Shown here: positions 39,136 through 49,235 of the stretch, one piece after another
Numbering within the stretch: position 1 is the stretch's first letter
How the letters are laid out: the number at the start of each line of letters is the position of its first letter
Assembly: GCA_038870975.1 (NCBI GenBank)
Contig: JAVZJD010000001.1
Coordinates: 608,001 to 672,000 of the forward strand
Length of the DNA stretch: 64,000 bases
Reading direction: 5' to 3'
From: Candidatus Bathyarchaeia archaeon
GTDB lineage: Archaea > Thermoproteota > CALKCG01 > B24
Program-made: the position numbers and the translations under genes
Notes under the pieces: generated by a model
Seen by the model: the letters and a program-made list of their open reading frames with translations, nothing else
What the model was told of the DNA's origin: nothing
Database searches by the model: none

Positions 39136-39711
39136 ATGATAGAAGAGATCTTCAAAGCAGCTATATCTCTGTTTATAATAATGAGCCCCTTCTCAAGCAT
39201 ACCAGTTTTCCTAGCTGTAACGCGGAATACTAGAAGGAAGTTAAAGCCCGCTTCTCAAGCAATTGGGGTTGCATCTGTAACGCTATTTACTTTCCTATTC
39301 TTAGGTCGTGAAATCATGAATATTTTTAGCATAAGCTTTTTCTCCTTAAAAATAGCCGGAGGAGTTGTTTTAACAATCTTAGGAATTGAACTCATACTTG
39401 GCACTTCATTCATTAAAGTTGAAGGGGAGGATTATTCACCTGCTATTTCACTTATAGGTACACCTCTACTTACTGGACCAGGTGTCATAGTTTCAACTAT
39501 GATTTTCACTCAGGAATATGGGTACATAATAACCATAATAGCAGCTACGATTTCCCTTACCGCTAGCTGGCTTATACTTTTATGCTCTGAGTATATTGAT
39601 AGAGTTGTTGGAGATTTTTGGCGTGAGACTGTTTCAAGAGTGACTGGCTTTCTATTGGTGGCTGTCGCCGTCGAATTTATCGTATCGGGGATAAGACTTA
39701 CATTAACGTAA
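39136..39711 (+). CDS. MarC family membrane protein
   Basis: IMSPFSSIPVF, IAGG, PLLTGPG and SRVTGFLL. Confidence 0.88.
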   Translation: MIEEIFKAAISLFIIMSPFSSIPVFLAVTRNTRRKLKPASQAIGVASVTLFTFLFLGREIMNIFSISFFSLKIAGGVVLTILGIELILGTSFIKVEGEDYSPAISLIGTPLLTGPGVIVSTMIFTQEYGYIITIIAATISLTASWLILLCSEYIDRVVGDFWRETVSRVTGFLLVAVAVEFIVSGIRLTLT

Positions 39712-39724
39712 GTAAAAGTCTTCC

Positions 39725-40525
39725 TTATAATGCTTTATACTGGACTTTAAATTCTGAATCCGTCAGAATTGAGCAGGAGCAACTTCTATCTGAAGGCAGG
39801 CTTTTTATGGTTTCTTCAAGGATTCTCATGGTTACTTCTCTTTTTCTAAGAGCTATGTCCGAGACCTCTTTGCTCGTTATTCGACTCTGCATACCAGCTG
39901 CCATATTCGATATTATACATAGAGAAGCATAGCATAATCCAAGTTCTCTAGCTAGAGCTGCTTCAGGACAGCCAGTCATACCTACGACATCCGCACCTAG
40001 AACTCTGAACATTCTTATTTCTGCAACTGTTTCAAATCGAGGACCTTCCGTACATACATAAGTAGACTTATCCCATACAATTTCACCCAGTTTACACGCC
40101 GATTTTAATAGAAAATGTCTAAGCTCTTCACAATATGGCCTTGTAAAATCTATGTGGACCACTGGTTGAGTGTCGTAGAATGTATAACATCTACGCTTAG
40201 TGAAGTCTATTAGATTGTGTGGAACTGCAAAATCCCCCGGTTTCATAATTGGATTTATAGCGCCTACTGTGTTAACGGCAAGCAACCTATTAACTCCAAG
40301 TTCTTTCAAAGACCATAAGTTAGCTCTATATTCTACCATATGCGGTGGGTTTTCATGACTAACACCATGTCTTAAAACGACTAAAGTCTCGACATCACCT
40401 ATGGCAACTCTAAAAACGATAACCTTCTTAAAGTTAAACGGTGTTTCAACTTCAATAGTTTCCAAGACCTTTAAATCACTCTCAAAACCAGAACCTAGAA
40501 TTATCCCGTGGCGTATACTCTTCAA
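39725..40525 (-). CDS. Methylthioadenosine / purine nucleoside phosphorylase (MTAP family)
   Basis: GIILGSG, RHG..H..PPH, EGPRFET.AE and VVGMT..PE..LARE. Confidence 0.9.
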   Translation of the reverse strand: MKSIRHGIILGSGFESDLKVLETIEVETPFNFKKVIVFRVAIGDVETLVVLRHGVSHENPPHMVEYRANLWSLKELGVNRLLAVNTVGAINPIMKPGDFAVPHNLIDFTKRRCYTFYDTQPVVHIDFTRPYCEELRHFLLKSACKLGEIVWDKSTYVCTEGPRFETVAEIRMFRVLGADVVGMTGCPEAALARELGLCYASLCIISNMAAGMQSRITSKEVSDIALRKREVTMRILEETIKSLPSDRSCSCSILTDSEFKVQYKAL

Positions 40526-41703
40526 GTCTCCTCAACTCTCCAGATCTTTAAAAGTCTATCTCTAAATTTATGAGCCACAAGAGTGGAAGTCACTATAAGA
40601 ACCGTTGCTAGTATTACCCAGAAGAAGAAGGCTATAGTCGCTGGATGCAGTACGGATGTGGGTGGCGTCTTGATGAGGGGTATCGAGTTAGCTATCGTTC
40701 CAAATATCATAACTACCGAGATAATTCCTACGATGTCTCCTAGGAATTTCAAGCTTTTGTTTATGTAGTCATAAATAGCTTTACTAATTATTAAAGTTGA
40801 GAAGCCCGCCAGGAAGAAGCCTAAGACACCTTCAATGAAGCTTGCAAGTATTACATTAAAGTGGTTTATGAAACTCTGAAGATCCGCAAGTTTCTCCATA
40901 GGAACGTTTGCTATAACGGATGAAAAGCCTTGTGAAAAACCAAGTCCACACATTATTATGCATACTACGTATCCGAAAACCCTTATGAGAATCGATGGCT
41001 TTGATGAGACTTCCGACACTATGTAACTTACAGACTTATCTATACCAAACCCTTTAATGAATAACGTTAAACCCGCAATCATGAGTATCACAGTAAATGT
41101 GTAGGGTATGAGGGGGATCTCAGGATACAGGAGGGTTAACATATATAAAATCGAAAATGATAAAACTACTAAACCTGGTATTCCAAGCGTCCATTTAGTA
41201 TACCTGGGGTCTTGAATTAGCATAGTTAAATACCTTGTTAATATGTACCAGCTAGTTTCAATGGATTCGCTATGTTTAACTGCAAACCTCCTAACAGAAA
41301 TTATCGGAATCTGAGATTGTATTATCGGTGAAATCTCCTGGTCAGTATATCCGTCTGAGACCAGTATTGCTGCGTCAGCAGGATATATCTTAAGCGTTTC
41401 TCTTAGAGACTCGGATATCTTTCTATCCGCCTCAATCCCGCCATTCTTGGAACCAGTTAAAACCGCCACTTCATAATCACTTGATTTATCTTTAGATTTT
41501 AAATTGTCCATTATACGTACAGCTTCAAACATAGCGTTTGCATCCGCTTCCTCAGGATCATTAATTATAAGCTTTAAAGCAGCCTCAAGGACTTTCTCTT
41601 TCCCAATAACCGGAGATTTTACACCCGCTTTAACACCCAGATCGTCATCTTTATCTATGCATAAAACGAGAATTCTCATCGACTCTTTTTTGATTTCGTC
41701 CAT
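40522..41703 (-). CDS. DUF373 family membrane protein
   Basis: LVLCIDKDDDLG.K, DPEEADAN and VSDG..D, followed by multiple TM helices. Confidence 0.88.
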   Translation of the reverse strand: MDEIKKESMRILVLCIDKDDDLGVKAGVKSPVIGKEKVLEAALKLIINDPEEADANAMFEAVRIMDNLKSKDKSSDYEVAVLTGSKNGGIEADRKISESLRETLKIYPADAAILVSDGYTDQEISPIIQSQIPIISVRRFAVKHSESIETSWYILTRYLTMLIQDPRYTKWTLGIPGLVVLSFSILYMLTLLYPEIPLIPYTFTVILMIAGLTLFIKGFGIDKSVSYIVSEVSSKPSILIRVFGYVVCIIMCGLGFSQGFSSVIANVPMEKLADLQSFINHFNVILASFIEGVLGFFLAGFSTLIISKAIYDYINKSLKFLGDIVGIISVVMIFGTIANSIPLIKTPPTSVLHPATIAFFFWVILATVLIVTSTLVAHKFRDRLLKIWRVEET

Positions 41704-42542
41704 TAAATTACCCCCATGTCTTCAGCTTCAGCTAAGATTTTAAGATCCTCAGCTGTAATGCGCTCTCCTTTTCTAAGTTTATCTAAAATAATATTGGCAT
41801 TCTTCATCAAAAATGATTTAGCTTCTTCTTCAATTTTCTTTTTCTCTTCTGTTTCTAATTTTTTAAGTTCTTCTGATATTGCTTTTTCTTTGACTCTCAA
41901 TTCTTCTACTTCATTTATCTTTTGGAGAAGCTCTCTATGGTAGCCAGCGGCTTCCCTTCTTAACGATTTAACCATTTCATCAAGTTGAACGATAGCCTTT
42001 TTAATTGCCTCCCTTTTATCATTTATCTCTTCAATTCTACTTTTGATAGTCTTTATTTTGATTTTAATCGCTTCTCTAGATGCCTTAAGCTCCATGAGGT
42101 CGTTCTTAAGTTCTAATATTTCCTCTTGATGTTTCACTTCCTTTTCCAGTTTAGCAACTTCGCTTGCAATCTTCTTCTCAAACCTTAGATCCGTAGGAGA
42201 AGTCTGAAGTTTCCACTCCAGACTAGAAATACGTCTCCTAAGCTCTTTCAGTGGAACGTTAGAACCTTTAATTTTGAGTTTGACTTCGCTTATAAGTTGT
42301 CTAGTTTCTCTGAGTTTAGAATACTCAGAATTTAATTCATCTTTCAAATTGAAAATTTCTAAACTTAAGTTTTTATATTCTAATCTAAGCATTTTAATTT
42401 TTACAATAGCCTCTTTGATTTCAGCGTTCAATTTATTACGTTTCTCTTTAATCTGCTTAATATGCTCCAACAAATTCCTACGATTATTAGAGAGCTCTTT
42501 TAATTCAGATACTAGAGCATTGTACTTTCTATTTAGCTCCAA
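41703..42542 (-). CDS. Archaeal coiled-coil protein (COG1340-like)
   Basis: Long heptad pattern; LEWKLQT and KLRKGERITAEDL motifs. Confidence 0.75.
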   Translation of the reverse strand: MELNRKYNALVSELKELSNNRRNLLEHIKQIKEKRNKLNAEIKEAIVKIKMLRLEYKNLSLEIFNLKDELNSEYSKLRETRQLISEVKLKIKGSNVPLKELRRRISSLEWKLQTSPTDLRFEKKIASEVAKLEKEVKHQEEILELKNDLMELKASREAIKIKIKTIKSRIEEINDKREAIKKAIVQLDEMVKSLRREAAGYHRELLQKINEVEELRVKEKAISEELKKLETEEKKKIEEEAKSFLMKNANIILDKLRKGERITAEDLKILAEAEDMGVI

Positions 42543-42584
42543 TTCTACCTGCTAAAAAATATAGAGGATTTAAAACTTAAAGAT

Positions 42585-43226
42585 TTAGCGAGGAGCAGTA
42601 GTTGTAGATGTATCTGGAGTCGGCAGTGTTGGAAGCTCTGGGAGCTTCTCTTTAAGTCTATGTTCAGCTACGGCTGCAGCTTCCTCAAGTATCTTCCTAG
42701 CTTCTTCATTAGCCGCCTCCATATCAACACTCATGCCAGTTGCTTCACCGACTTCAACAACCATCTTACCGATTTCATCACTTATAGCTCCTATTTCATA
42801 ACTGACTTCGGGAATTACACCAGCTAGGTCTTTCTGAATAGCCTTAAGTATGCCAGCTACAGGCATTATAGCGGCTGCTGTTTCACCAAGCTGATGGACA
42901 GTCTCTAACCTCAGTAGAGCTTTTTCGAGAGCCAACTGTGCACCTAAGACTACTTTAGCCATTTTACGTGCTTCTGCACATTCATTAGCATAAAGGGCTG
43001 CTCTAGCAGAATCACCTTTCATATGAGCACTAACACACTTTTCAAAGAGCTCTTTCTCATGACGCTCCATTCTCATAGCTGCCCCTTCAACTCTCGAATA
43101 TTGTACTTTAAGCCTATGAATAGCCATTGTAAGCCTCTGCTTTAGAGGGGTTCTGTCGAATATCCTTCCGCCTTTATCCCACTTCTTCATGGACATTTTA
43201 AACGCCTCGTAAATAGACCGAGACAA
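42585..43226 (-). CDS. ESCRT-III / CdvB-like (Snf7) protein
   Basis: LFEKCV......ARAALYANECAEARK; LE...LRLET; EEARKILEEA; Pro-rich tail LPELPTLP. Confidence 0.88.
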   Translation of the reverse strand: MSRSIYEAFKMSMKKWDKGGRIFDRTPLKQRLTMAIHRLKVQYSRVEGAAMRMERHEKELFEKCVSAHMKGDSARAALYANECAEARKMAKVVLGAQLALEKALLRLETVHQLGETAAAIMPVAGILKAIQKDLAGVIPEVSYEIGAISDEIGKMVVEVGEATGMSVDMEAANEEARKILEEAAAVAEHRLKEKLPELPTLPTPDTSTTTAPR

Positions 43227-43402
43227 AACGTTCTTTAATGAATTGTTTAAAGGAAACTGTAGAATAAACGTTTAAAATCACATGAAGTTTAATAGTTTCA
43301 ATACATTTGAAGGACAGTAATCTTGGAGTTATATAATACTTATAGCACTACAAGAGTATTATCAGCTTTATTTTTAAGACAGTTTTTTCCAAAAAATCTT
43401 GT

Positions 43403-44215
43403 ATGCGAAAAGTCATAACACTTCTAACGGATTTTGGATTATCAGATCCATATCCATCAATCATGAAAGGGGTAATATTGAGTATAAATCCAGAGGCGAC
43501 GATAGTCGATATTTCCCACTCAATAGAAAGGTTTAACGTTAGAATGGGGGCATTCATACTTGCTTACGCCGTCGACTATTTCCCAGAGGATAGTATCCAC
43601 GTAGCCGTGGTAGACCCTGGTGTTGGAACCGTTAGAAAGCCGATTATCATAAAATGCTGTAAAGGTTATCTTATAGGACCCGACAATGGTCTTCTAATAC
43701 CAGCTGCTGAAAAACTCGGTTTAAGAGAAGTATATGAAGTAGATATCCGTAAAGTTTCTAATGGTTATGTCTCTCATACTTTTCATGGTAGAGATGTTTT
43801 CGCCCCAGTAGCAGCTAGAATATCTAAGGGTGAAACTCCAGATCTATTTGGAAGACCATATGAGCGTTATGTTAAATTTACTCTGCCAAAACCTAATGTG
43901 TTAGATGGATGTATTATGGGGGAAGTCCTTTACATAGACAGTTTTGGAAATGTTGTGACAAACATAGATGACTTAACTGTTAAGTCTTTAAATATTAAAA
44001 TTGGGGACCTCCTACTCATCAGAACGGCCCACAATAATTTCAAAGTTAGATTTGTAGACGCCTATGGAGCTATTGAGCCAGGAGCCCCACTGGCGATAAT
44101 CAATAGTTTTAAGAGGCTTGAGTTGGCTGTGAATTTAGGCGATGGAAGCAGATTCTTTAAATTGAAGGTTGGTGACGCTGTAGAAGTGTGTTTGGCAAAA
44201 AACAATATATTATAG
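43403..44215 (+). CDS. SAM hydroxide adenosyltransferase (DUF62 family)
   Basis: TLLTDFG, VVDPGVGT.R, GPDNG, TFHGRDVF and DSFGN. Confidence 0.92.
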   Translation: MRKVITLLTDFGLSDPYPSIMKGVILSINPEATIVDISHSIERFNVRMGAFILAYAVDYFPEDSIHVAVVDPGVGTVRKPIIIKCCKGYLIGPDNGLLIPAAEKLGLREVYEVDIRKVSNGYVSHTFHGRDVFAPVAARISKGETPDLFGRPYERYVKFTLPKPNVLDGCIMGEVLYIDSFGNVVTNIDDLTVKSLNIKIGDLLLIRTAHNNFKVRFVDAYGAIEPGAPLAIINSFKRLELAVNLGDGSRFFKLKVGDAVEVCLAKNNIL

Positions 44216-44242
44216 TTCAATGGTATAGTTTACTTAAACTCC

Positions 44243-45031
44243 ATGACCTTGATTAGAAGCCTACTTAAGATATTTGGAGTCTACCGGTTTTACTTATGGT
44301 GGTTAAAGAGAGAAGTTAAAAATGGCAGTATTCCAAGCCATGTTGGGATAATTCTCGACGGTAATAGGCGCTGGGCTTATAAACATGGTTACCCTCCATG
44401 GTTAGGGCATAAATTCGGCGCGGAAAAAGTTGAAGAAGTCCTTAAATGGTGTCTTAACCTTGGAGTTAAAACAGTTACACTTTATGCATTTTCAACTGAG
44501 AACTTTAAGAGACCTCAACGCGAAATCGAAGAGTTATTTAAGCTATTTCAAGAGAAATTGGTTAAACTTCTATCTGTTCGTGAAATACACGACTACCACG
44601 TTAAAGTCAAGTTCATAGGTGCACTAGAACTGTTACCTGAAGAGCTTAAAGAGCTGATTGACGAAATAGAATCGAAGACAGCAAACTATGAAGAACGTTG
44701 GCTTAACATAGCACTAGCATATGGTGGAAGAAGGGAAATCGTAGACGCAGTTAGGAAAATAGCCAAATTGGTAGAAACAGGCTCCCTTAAACCTGAAGAA
44801 ATAGATGAAGAGCTTCTACAGAAATTCCTATATACAGCCTACCTACCGAATCCAGAGCCAGACTTGATAATAAGGACAAGCGGTGAGGAGAGATTAAGCG
44901 GTTTTCTACTGTGGCAAAGTGCATATAGTGAGCTTTGTTTTCTAGAAGTCTACTGGCCTGAGTTTCGTGAAATAGACTTGCTTAGAGCTATTAGAGTTTA
45001 CCAGAGTAGACAGCGAAGATTTGGAAGATAG
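44243..45031 (+). CDS. uppS: Cis-prenyltransferase (undecaprenyl diphosphate synthase family)
   Basis: ILDGNRRW, FSTENFKR, YGGR.EI and RTSGEERLSGFLLWQ. Confidence 0.95.
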   Translation: MTLIRSLLKIFGVYRFYLWWLKREVKNGSIPSHVGIILDGNRRWAYKHGYPPWLGHKFGAEKVEEVLKWCLNLGVKTVTLYAFSTENFKRPQREIEELFKLFQEKLVKLLSVREIHDYHVKVKFIGALELLPEELKELIDEIESKTANYEERWLNIALAYGGRREIVDAVRKIAKLVETGSLKPEEIDEELLQKFLYTAYLPNPEPDLIIRTSGEERLSGFLLWQSAYSELCFLEVYWPEFREIDLLRAIRVYQSRQRRFGR

Positions 45032-45089
45032 AGGAATATAGGCTAAGTTTAAACTTAAAAAGAAAATACTAGTAATGTGGGGGTAGATT

Positions 45090-45788
45090 TTGACCGAGCT
45101 CAATGAAGAGCTTTTAAAGCTCATAAATATGATATGTGATGAGAAGCTAAGAGCGCTTGTATTAGACCTATTTAAAAATCCGAGTTTTAAGCTTGCAGAG
45201 GGACAATTAACGCCGATAGTGTTTGAGCATGGGCTAGGCTCCATAGGATTTCACCATTCGTATAAAGGTGGACTGTTAGATCATACTATTTCATGTAGCA
45301 AAATAGGTCTAGCAATATGTCAGACACTTGAAGAAGTATATGGTTTCAAAGTTAATGGCGACTATATCTTAGCAGCGACTCTAATACATGACATATATAA
45401 GACTGCTGTTTACGATGAGACTTCGCCTACAGGCTTAAGTCAACTAGGTGAAAGAATAGATCACCATACACTTGTGGTTTCAGAGCTTATAAGACGCGGT
45501 TTTCCGCTAGAAGTCATCCATGCGGTTCTGGCGATTCATGGACAATATGGTCCAATGAGCCCAAAAACAATCGAGGCATTAATAGCCCATTTAGCAGATC
45601 AGGTCGACTCAACATTTTGCGATAGAGTTTCAAAAGCTGCCAAAAACTTGATTAAAATTGCAACTGGGGAAGAACCCAAAACACTTACTCTAAGAGAAGC
45701 GATTTCAATTATACTTGCCAAACAGAGTGGGGGATGGAGTTCGCTTAAGGAGTTACATCAAAAAAGCGGTAAAGAAATTAATCGATAA
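45090..45788 (+). CDS. HD-domain protein
   Basis: HHSYKGGLLDHT, HDIYK, IHG and HLAD..DS. Confidence 0.85.
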   Translation: MTELNEELLKLINMICDEKLRALVLDLFKNPSFKLAEGQLTPIVFEHGLGSIGFHHSYKGGLLDHTISCSKIGLAICQTLEEVYGFKVNGDYILAATLIHDIYKTAVYDETSPTGLSQLGERIDHHTLVVSELIRRGFPLEVIHAVLAIHGQYGPMSPKTIEALIAHLADQVDSTFCDRVSKAAKNLIKIATGEEPKTLTLREAISIILAKQSGGWSSLKELHQKSGKEINR

Positions 45789-45882
45789 GGTCGATTTAAA
45801 AAACGGGATAATGAAGGGGAGTAGAAACTGCGCAATATGTCTTCAGTTAAGTTTATATATGATAGATTTAAAAACACTATTC

Positions 45883-46003
45883 GGTTGCCGGCCATAGGGT
45901 GTGGGTCCGACCCGTTCCCATTCCGAACACGGAAGTCAAACCACACCACGTCTCCCTTCTCCCTAGTGGGAGACCCTAGGAGAGGAGGGGGATGCTGGCA
46001 ACC
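45883..46003 (+). rRNA. rrf: 5S rRNA (stand-alone)
   Basis: Helix I GGTTGCCGGC/GCTGGCAACC; conserved CCCGTTCCCATTCCGAACACGGAAGTCAA; 121 nt; TATA box TTTATATA about 25 nt upstream. Confidence 0.93.
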
Positions 46004-46056
46004 TCACAGTGAATGTTTATATTTCAATGAGTTTATTCATAGTTTAGGAACAGCTT

Positions 46057-47175
46057 ATGAATCCAGAGATGGTGTTACACCAGGTTTTATCTTCTGAGGG
46101 AGATAGAATAGGGCTTATTTTTCAAGCCATATTTATAGCGTTATTTTTATTTAGTATATTCTACGGGCAAAGATTTCAGGTTTGGATGATGCTTAAGAAT
46201 GTTGAAATTGGTCTTAATAGAATTAAGAGAATGAGAGATAATGCTAGACAAGCGATATTGGATGTATTAAGACGTTTTAATAACGACCCCGGTTTAGAAA
46301 GCACAGTCGATAGATTGCTTGAATATTTTTGGATACCTCCTACTTCCATAGACCCATTTGGAGTCATCGGTAAAATAGACCATCTTCTTAATGTAAGAGA
46401 GAGAAGATTCCGATGGGAGCTTAAAAGCATAGTGCCAAATATTGATGAAAGTAGGCTTAGAAATCTTGAAAACCTCGTTGAAATAGGTATTTCCCTAGAT
46501 CAGATATACCGGATAATGCGTCACTATTATCTTTTAGGTAAGAAAACCATGAGCCTCTTCCTAATATATCAGGCAGAAGCGCTTATGCCGACTGTCCTCC
46601 AAGAAGCTGAAGCATTAACAGACGCCATTAAATCTTTTAGTACAGGTCAACCTATAGGGGATGGTGTTGGAAGTCTCGTAGCCGCACGTTTCATGTACGG
46701 TGCTGAGAAAACACTCATATCGGAAGATACCATAGTAGCAGAAGTTGAATTTGAGGGGAGGAATCTTATAGTTGTTAAGGCTCTTGGACCAGGTGGAAAT
46801 GTTGGCAGACCAGGTGAAGCTGTTGAGAAAATTTTAAACAATAGAAGAGTGGCCGCTGTAATAATGGTGGATGCGGCTCTAAAACTCGAAGGTGAAGAAG
46901 TTGGCGAGGTTGCTGAGGGAGTGGGTGCGGCTATCGGGGGTATAGGTGTTGACAAGTTCAAGATAGAAGAAGCGGCTAAAAAGTTCAATGTGCCACTTTA
47001 TGCTGTAGTTGTTAAAGAATCTATGTCTGATGCACTCTCTACTATGAAATGGGAAATATACGTAGGTGTGGAGAAGGCTATCAATAGGATTAGAAGGCTT
47101 ATAAGAGAGAAGACTGAGATTGGAGATACCGTGGTATTAGTAGGGGTAGGCAATACTATAGGTATAGGACAATAG
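46057..47175 (+). CDS. DUF1512 family protein
   Basis: P..IDP.G, GQPIGDGVG, VDAALKLEGE and GVGNTIGI. Confidence 0.85.
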   Translation: MNPEMVLHQVLSSEGDRIGLIFQAIFIALFLFSIFYGQRFQVWMMLKNVEIGLNRIKRMRDNARQAILDVLRRFNNDPGLESTVDRLLEYFWIPPTSIDPFGVIGKIDHLLNVRERRFRWELKSIVPNIDESRLRNLENLVEIGISLDQIYRIMRHYYLLGKKTMSLFLIYQAEALMPTVLQEAEALTDAIKSFSTGQPIGDGVGSLVAARFMYGAEKTLISEDTIVAEVEFEGRNLIVVKALGPGGNVGRPGEAVEKILNNRRVAAVIMVDAALKLEGEEVGEVAEGVGAAIGGIGVDKFKIEEAAKKFNVPLYAVVVKESMSDALSTMKWEIYVGVEKAINRIRRLIREKTEIGDTVVLVGVGNTIGIGQ

Positions 47176-47176
47176 T

Positions 47177-47584
47177 ATGGAGGGGGATGATATGCCTATG
47201 AAAAACAGCATGAGTTTTCTTATCGTATTCCTCCTAATGATGGCTTTAATTACGCTCAGCATATTTTTCCTATTCTTAGCTGTTAATGCTTGGTCTCGTG
47301 GCTTTGAGGGGACGGCTATTCATTACTCCATAGCTGGTCTGATGGGCTTAATACTGTCTACGTATACTCTAGCTAGGATGATTCGGAGGAAGCCTTCAAT
47401 CTCCACGGTTTTCAACTATGAAGTTCAAACGCTGTTACAGTGTTTAAAATGTGGATTTTCAAACACCAGGAGTTTTGTCGCTGGAGATTACGTGCTGGGT
47501 TCAAGTGATAAATGTCCTCATTGCTCTTCAACTATGGTTATACTTGCCATCTATAGGGTTGACTCTGAGAAGGGGAAACGTTAA
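47177..47584 (+). CDS. Small membrane protein with C-terminal zinc ribbon
   Basis: Two TM helices, then CLKC...GDYV...CPHC. Confidence 0.7.
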   Translation: MEGDDMPMKNSMSFLIVFLLMMALITLSIFFLFLAVNAWSRGFEGTAIHYSIAGLMGLILSTYTLARMIRRKPSISTVFNYEVQTLLQCLKCGFSNTRSFVAGDYVLGSSDKCPHCSSTMVILAIYRVDSEKGKR

Positions 47585-48480
47585 AGTATAAAGCCAGTAA
47601 GCCCTATTACACCATCCTCTACGACTAATATTGTTTCTTCGGCTTGAGCTACGAACCCTCTGCTGACTTCTACAAGCGGTCTGTAGATTTTTATGAATGG
47701 AGAATTTTTCAATTTAAACCATGTATTTTCGACATTGTACTCAAGCTTCGTGGCATATATCCATCTCTCAGCAAAAGGTAACCCGTCAAATTTATCCCAC
47801 AGTATTTTCAAAAAAGCATTGGCTTCAACATCTTTGATCTTCTTATAGGATATGCATCTGTATATCGTCGGCTTACCCGATTCGATGACCGTTCCATCGG
47901 CCCAATGCTCAGTTATAAACGGTTCGATCGCATAAACACCATGTAGTTTGAATTTTCCACCCCGTAGTGGAATGTTTGGTATTGAAATACCCGCGTGTAA
48001 ATTGTACCTGGCAATTTCATGACCTGATAGGTTTTTTATCGGTTTTAACCCGTATGCGTTGGCCACTTTGGAAATAACTTCACCAATATCGTATACATTA
48101 ACCGAAGCCTTTATGTTTTTTAAGGCTTTTCTCAACGCTTCCTCAGCTACCTCCTTAAGAAGGAGGTACCTTTCGTCTAAAACTACTGTAATAGCAGTAT
48201 CAACTATGTAACCATCCACGTGTACACCAAAATCTATTTTAACTAAAGACTGTTCTGGAATTTTTAACACATCCATACGATCCGCGGTGTAGTGGGCTGC
48301 AATTTCGTTTATGCAGATATTGCATGGAAAAGCAGGTTCTCCGCCTCGACTTTTTATAAAACCCTCTATTTTCTCACATATATCTAAAACGTTAGCTCCG
48401 ATTTTAACGATAGATGTGGCGAATGCCCTAGTCTTTTCAGCAATTTCTCCGGCTTTAAAATACGGTTCAAAGATATCCAT
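47581..48480 (-). CDS. map: Methionine aminopeptidase type II
   Basis: AFPCN..N..AAHY, D.GVHVDG...D, NLSGH and AIEPF; start MDIFEPY after a GGTG SD. Confidence 0.93.
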   Translation of the reverse strand: MDIFEPYFKAGEIAEKTRAFATSIVKIGANVLDICEKIEGFIKSRGGEPAFPCNICINEIAAHYTADRMDVLKIPEQSLVKIDFGVHVDGYIVDTAITVVLDERYLLLKEVAEEALRKALKNIKASVNVYDIGEVISKVANAYGLKPIKNLSGHEIARYNLHAGISIPNIPLRGGKFKLHGVYAIEPFITEHWADGTVIESGKPTIYRCISYKKIKDVEANAFLKILWDKFDGLPFAERWIYATKLEYNVENTWFKLKNSPFIKIYRPLVEVSRGFVAQAEETILVVEDGVIGLTGFIL

Positions 48481-48491
48481 CTTAACACCCA

Positions 48492-48580
48492 TGGGCCCGC
48501 CGGGACTCGAACCCGGGACTTCCCGCTTTCTACGCTCTCCTCCGCAGGCGGGTGTCCTATCCGTGCTAGACGACGGGCCC
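48492..48580 (-). tRNA. tRNA-Arg(GCG) with a 14-nt intron at 37/38 (48528-48541); CCA not encoded
   Basis: GGGCCCG...CCCGC-CTGCGG^A-GCGGG...TTCGAGT...CGGGCCC-A; BHB helix CTGC/GTAG. Confidence 0.93.
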
Positions 48581-48863
48581 CTGTAAGTACTGTTTTCAAT
48601 AGCTACGTAAAAACTCTTTCTTCTTAAGACTCTATATCTAGTTTGGATGAGATCAAAGTATCAAGTTGGATCGGAATTATTTATGTTGAAGTTTTTAGAT
48701 GAGAAGTGATAAGGTTTTAAGCTATAGATTTATAAACTGACTGTATAAAAACGATTGCCGTTTTCACGGTGATTTAACCATTGAACGAGTCAACAACCAT
48801 AAAAATTTTATATCTTAAACTTTAAGTAGAACCAAACGCCTCAGTCTTATCAGGTGCGACTTA

Positions 48864-49208
48864 ATGTCATTCTACAGGTATATAGATTATCTACTTAAAG
48901 AGAAGAAGAACCTTGAGGAGAAGCTTAAGACGTTAGATAAAGCAGAAGTTATAAGGTTTGGTAGACAACTTATAGCTACCTACCAGCAGAGCCTTCAAGG
49001 CTTCGACGAATGGTTTACGAATTACGGAATAATGGAGAAGATGGAGCCCGAATTGGTACGGGAAATCGTTACAAACCTTATGAATATAGGTTTTGAGCTT
49101 CTTAAGTATGATAGAGATATAACCATGATGTGGCTTGAAAGGGAGCAGAAAGAGATGAAAAGGAAGAAGGAAGAAGAGGAGAAGAAGAAGCAAACTTCCA
49201 TAATATAG
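48864..49208 (+). CDS. DUF2153-like archaeal protein
   Basis: SLQGFDEW...M..E.V......LLKYD pattern recalled from this family. Confidence 0.6.
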   Translation: MSFYRYIDYLLKEKKNLEEKLKTLDKAEVIRFGRQLIATYQQSLQGFDEWFTNYGIMEKMEPELVREIVTNLMNIGFELLKYDRDITMMWLEREQKEMKRKKEEEEKKKQTSII

Positions 49209-49235
49209 TCTAAAAAGAAGATAGAAAGCATAGTT

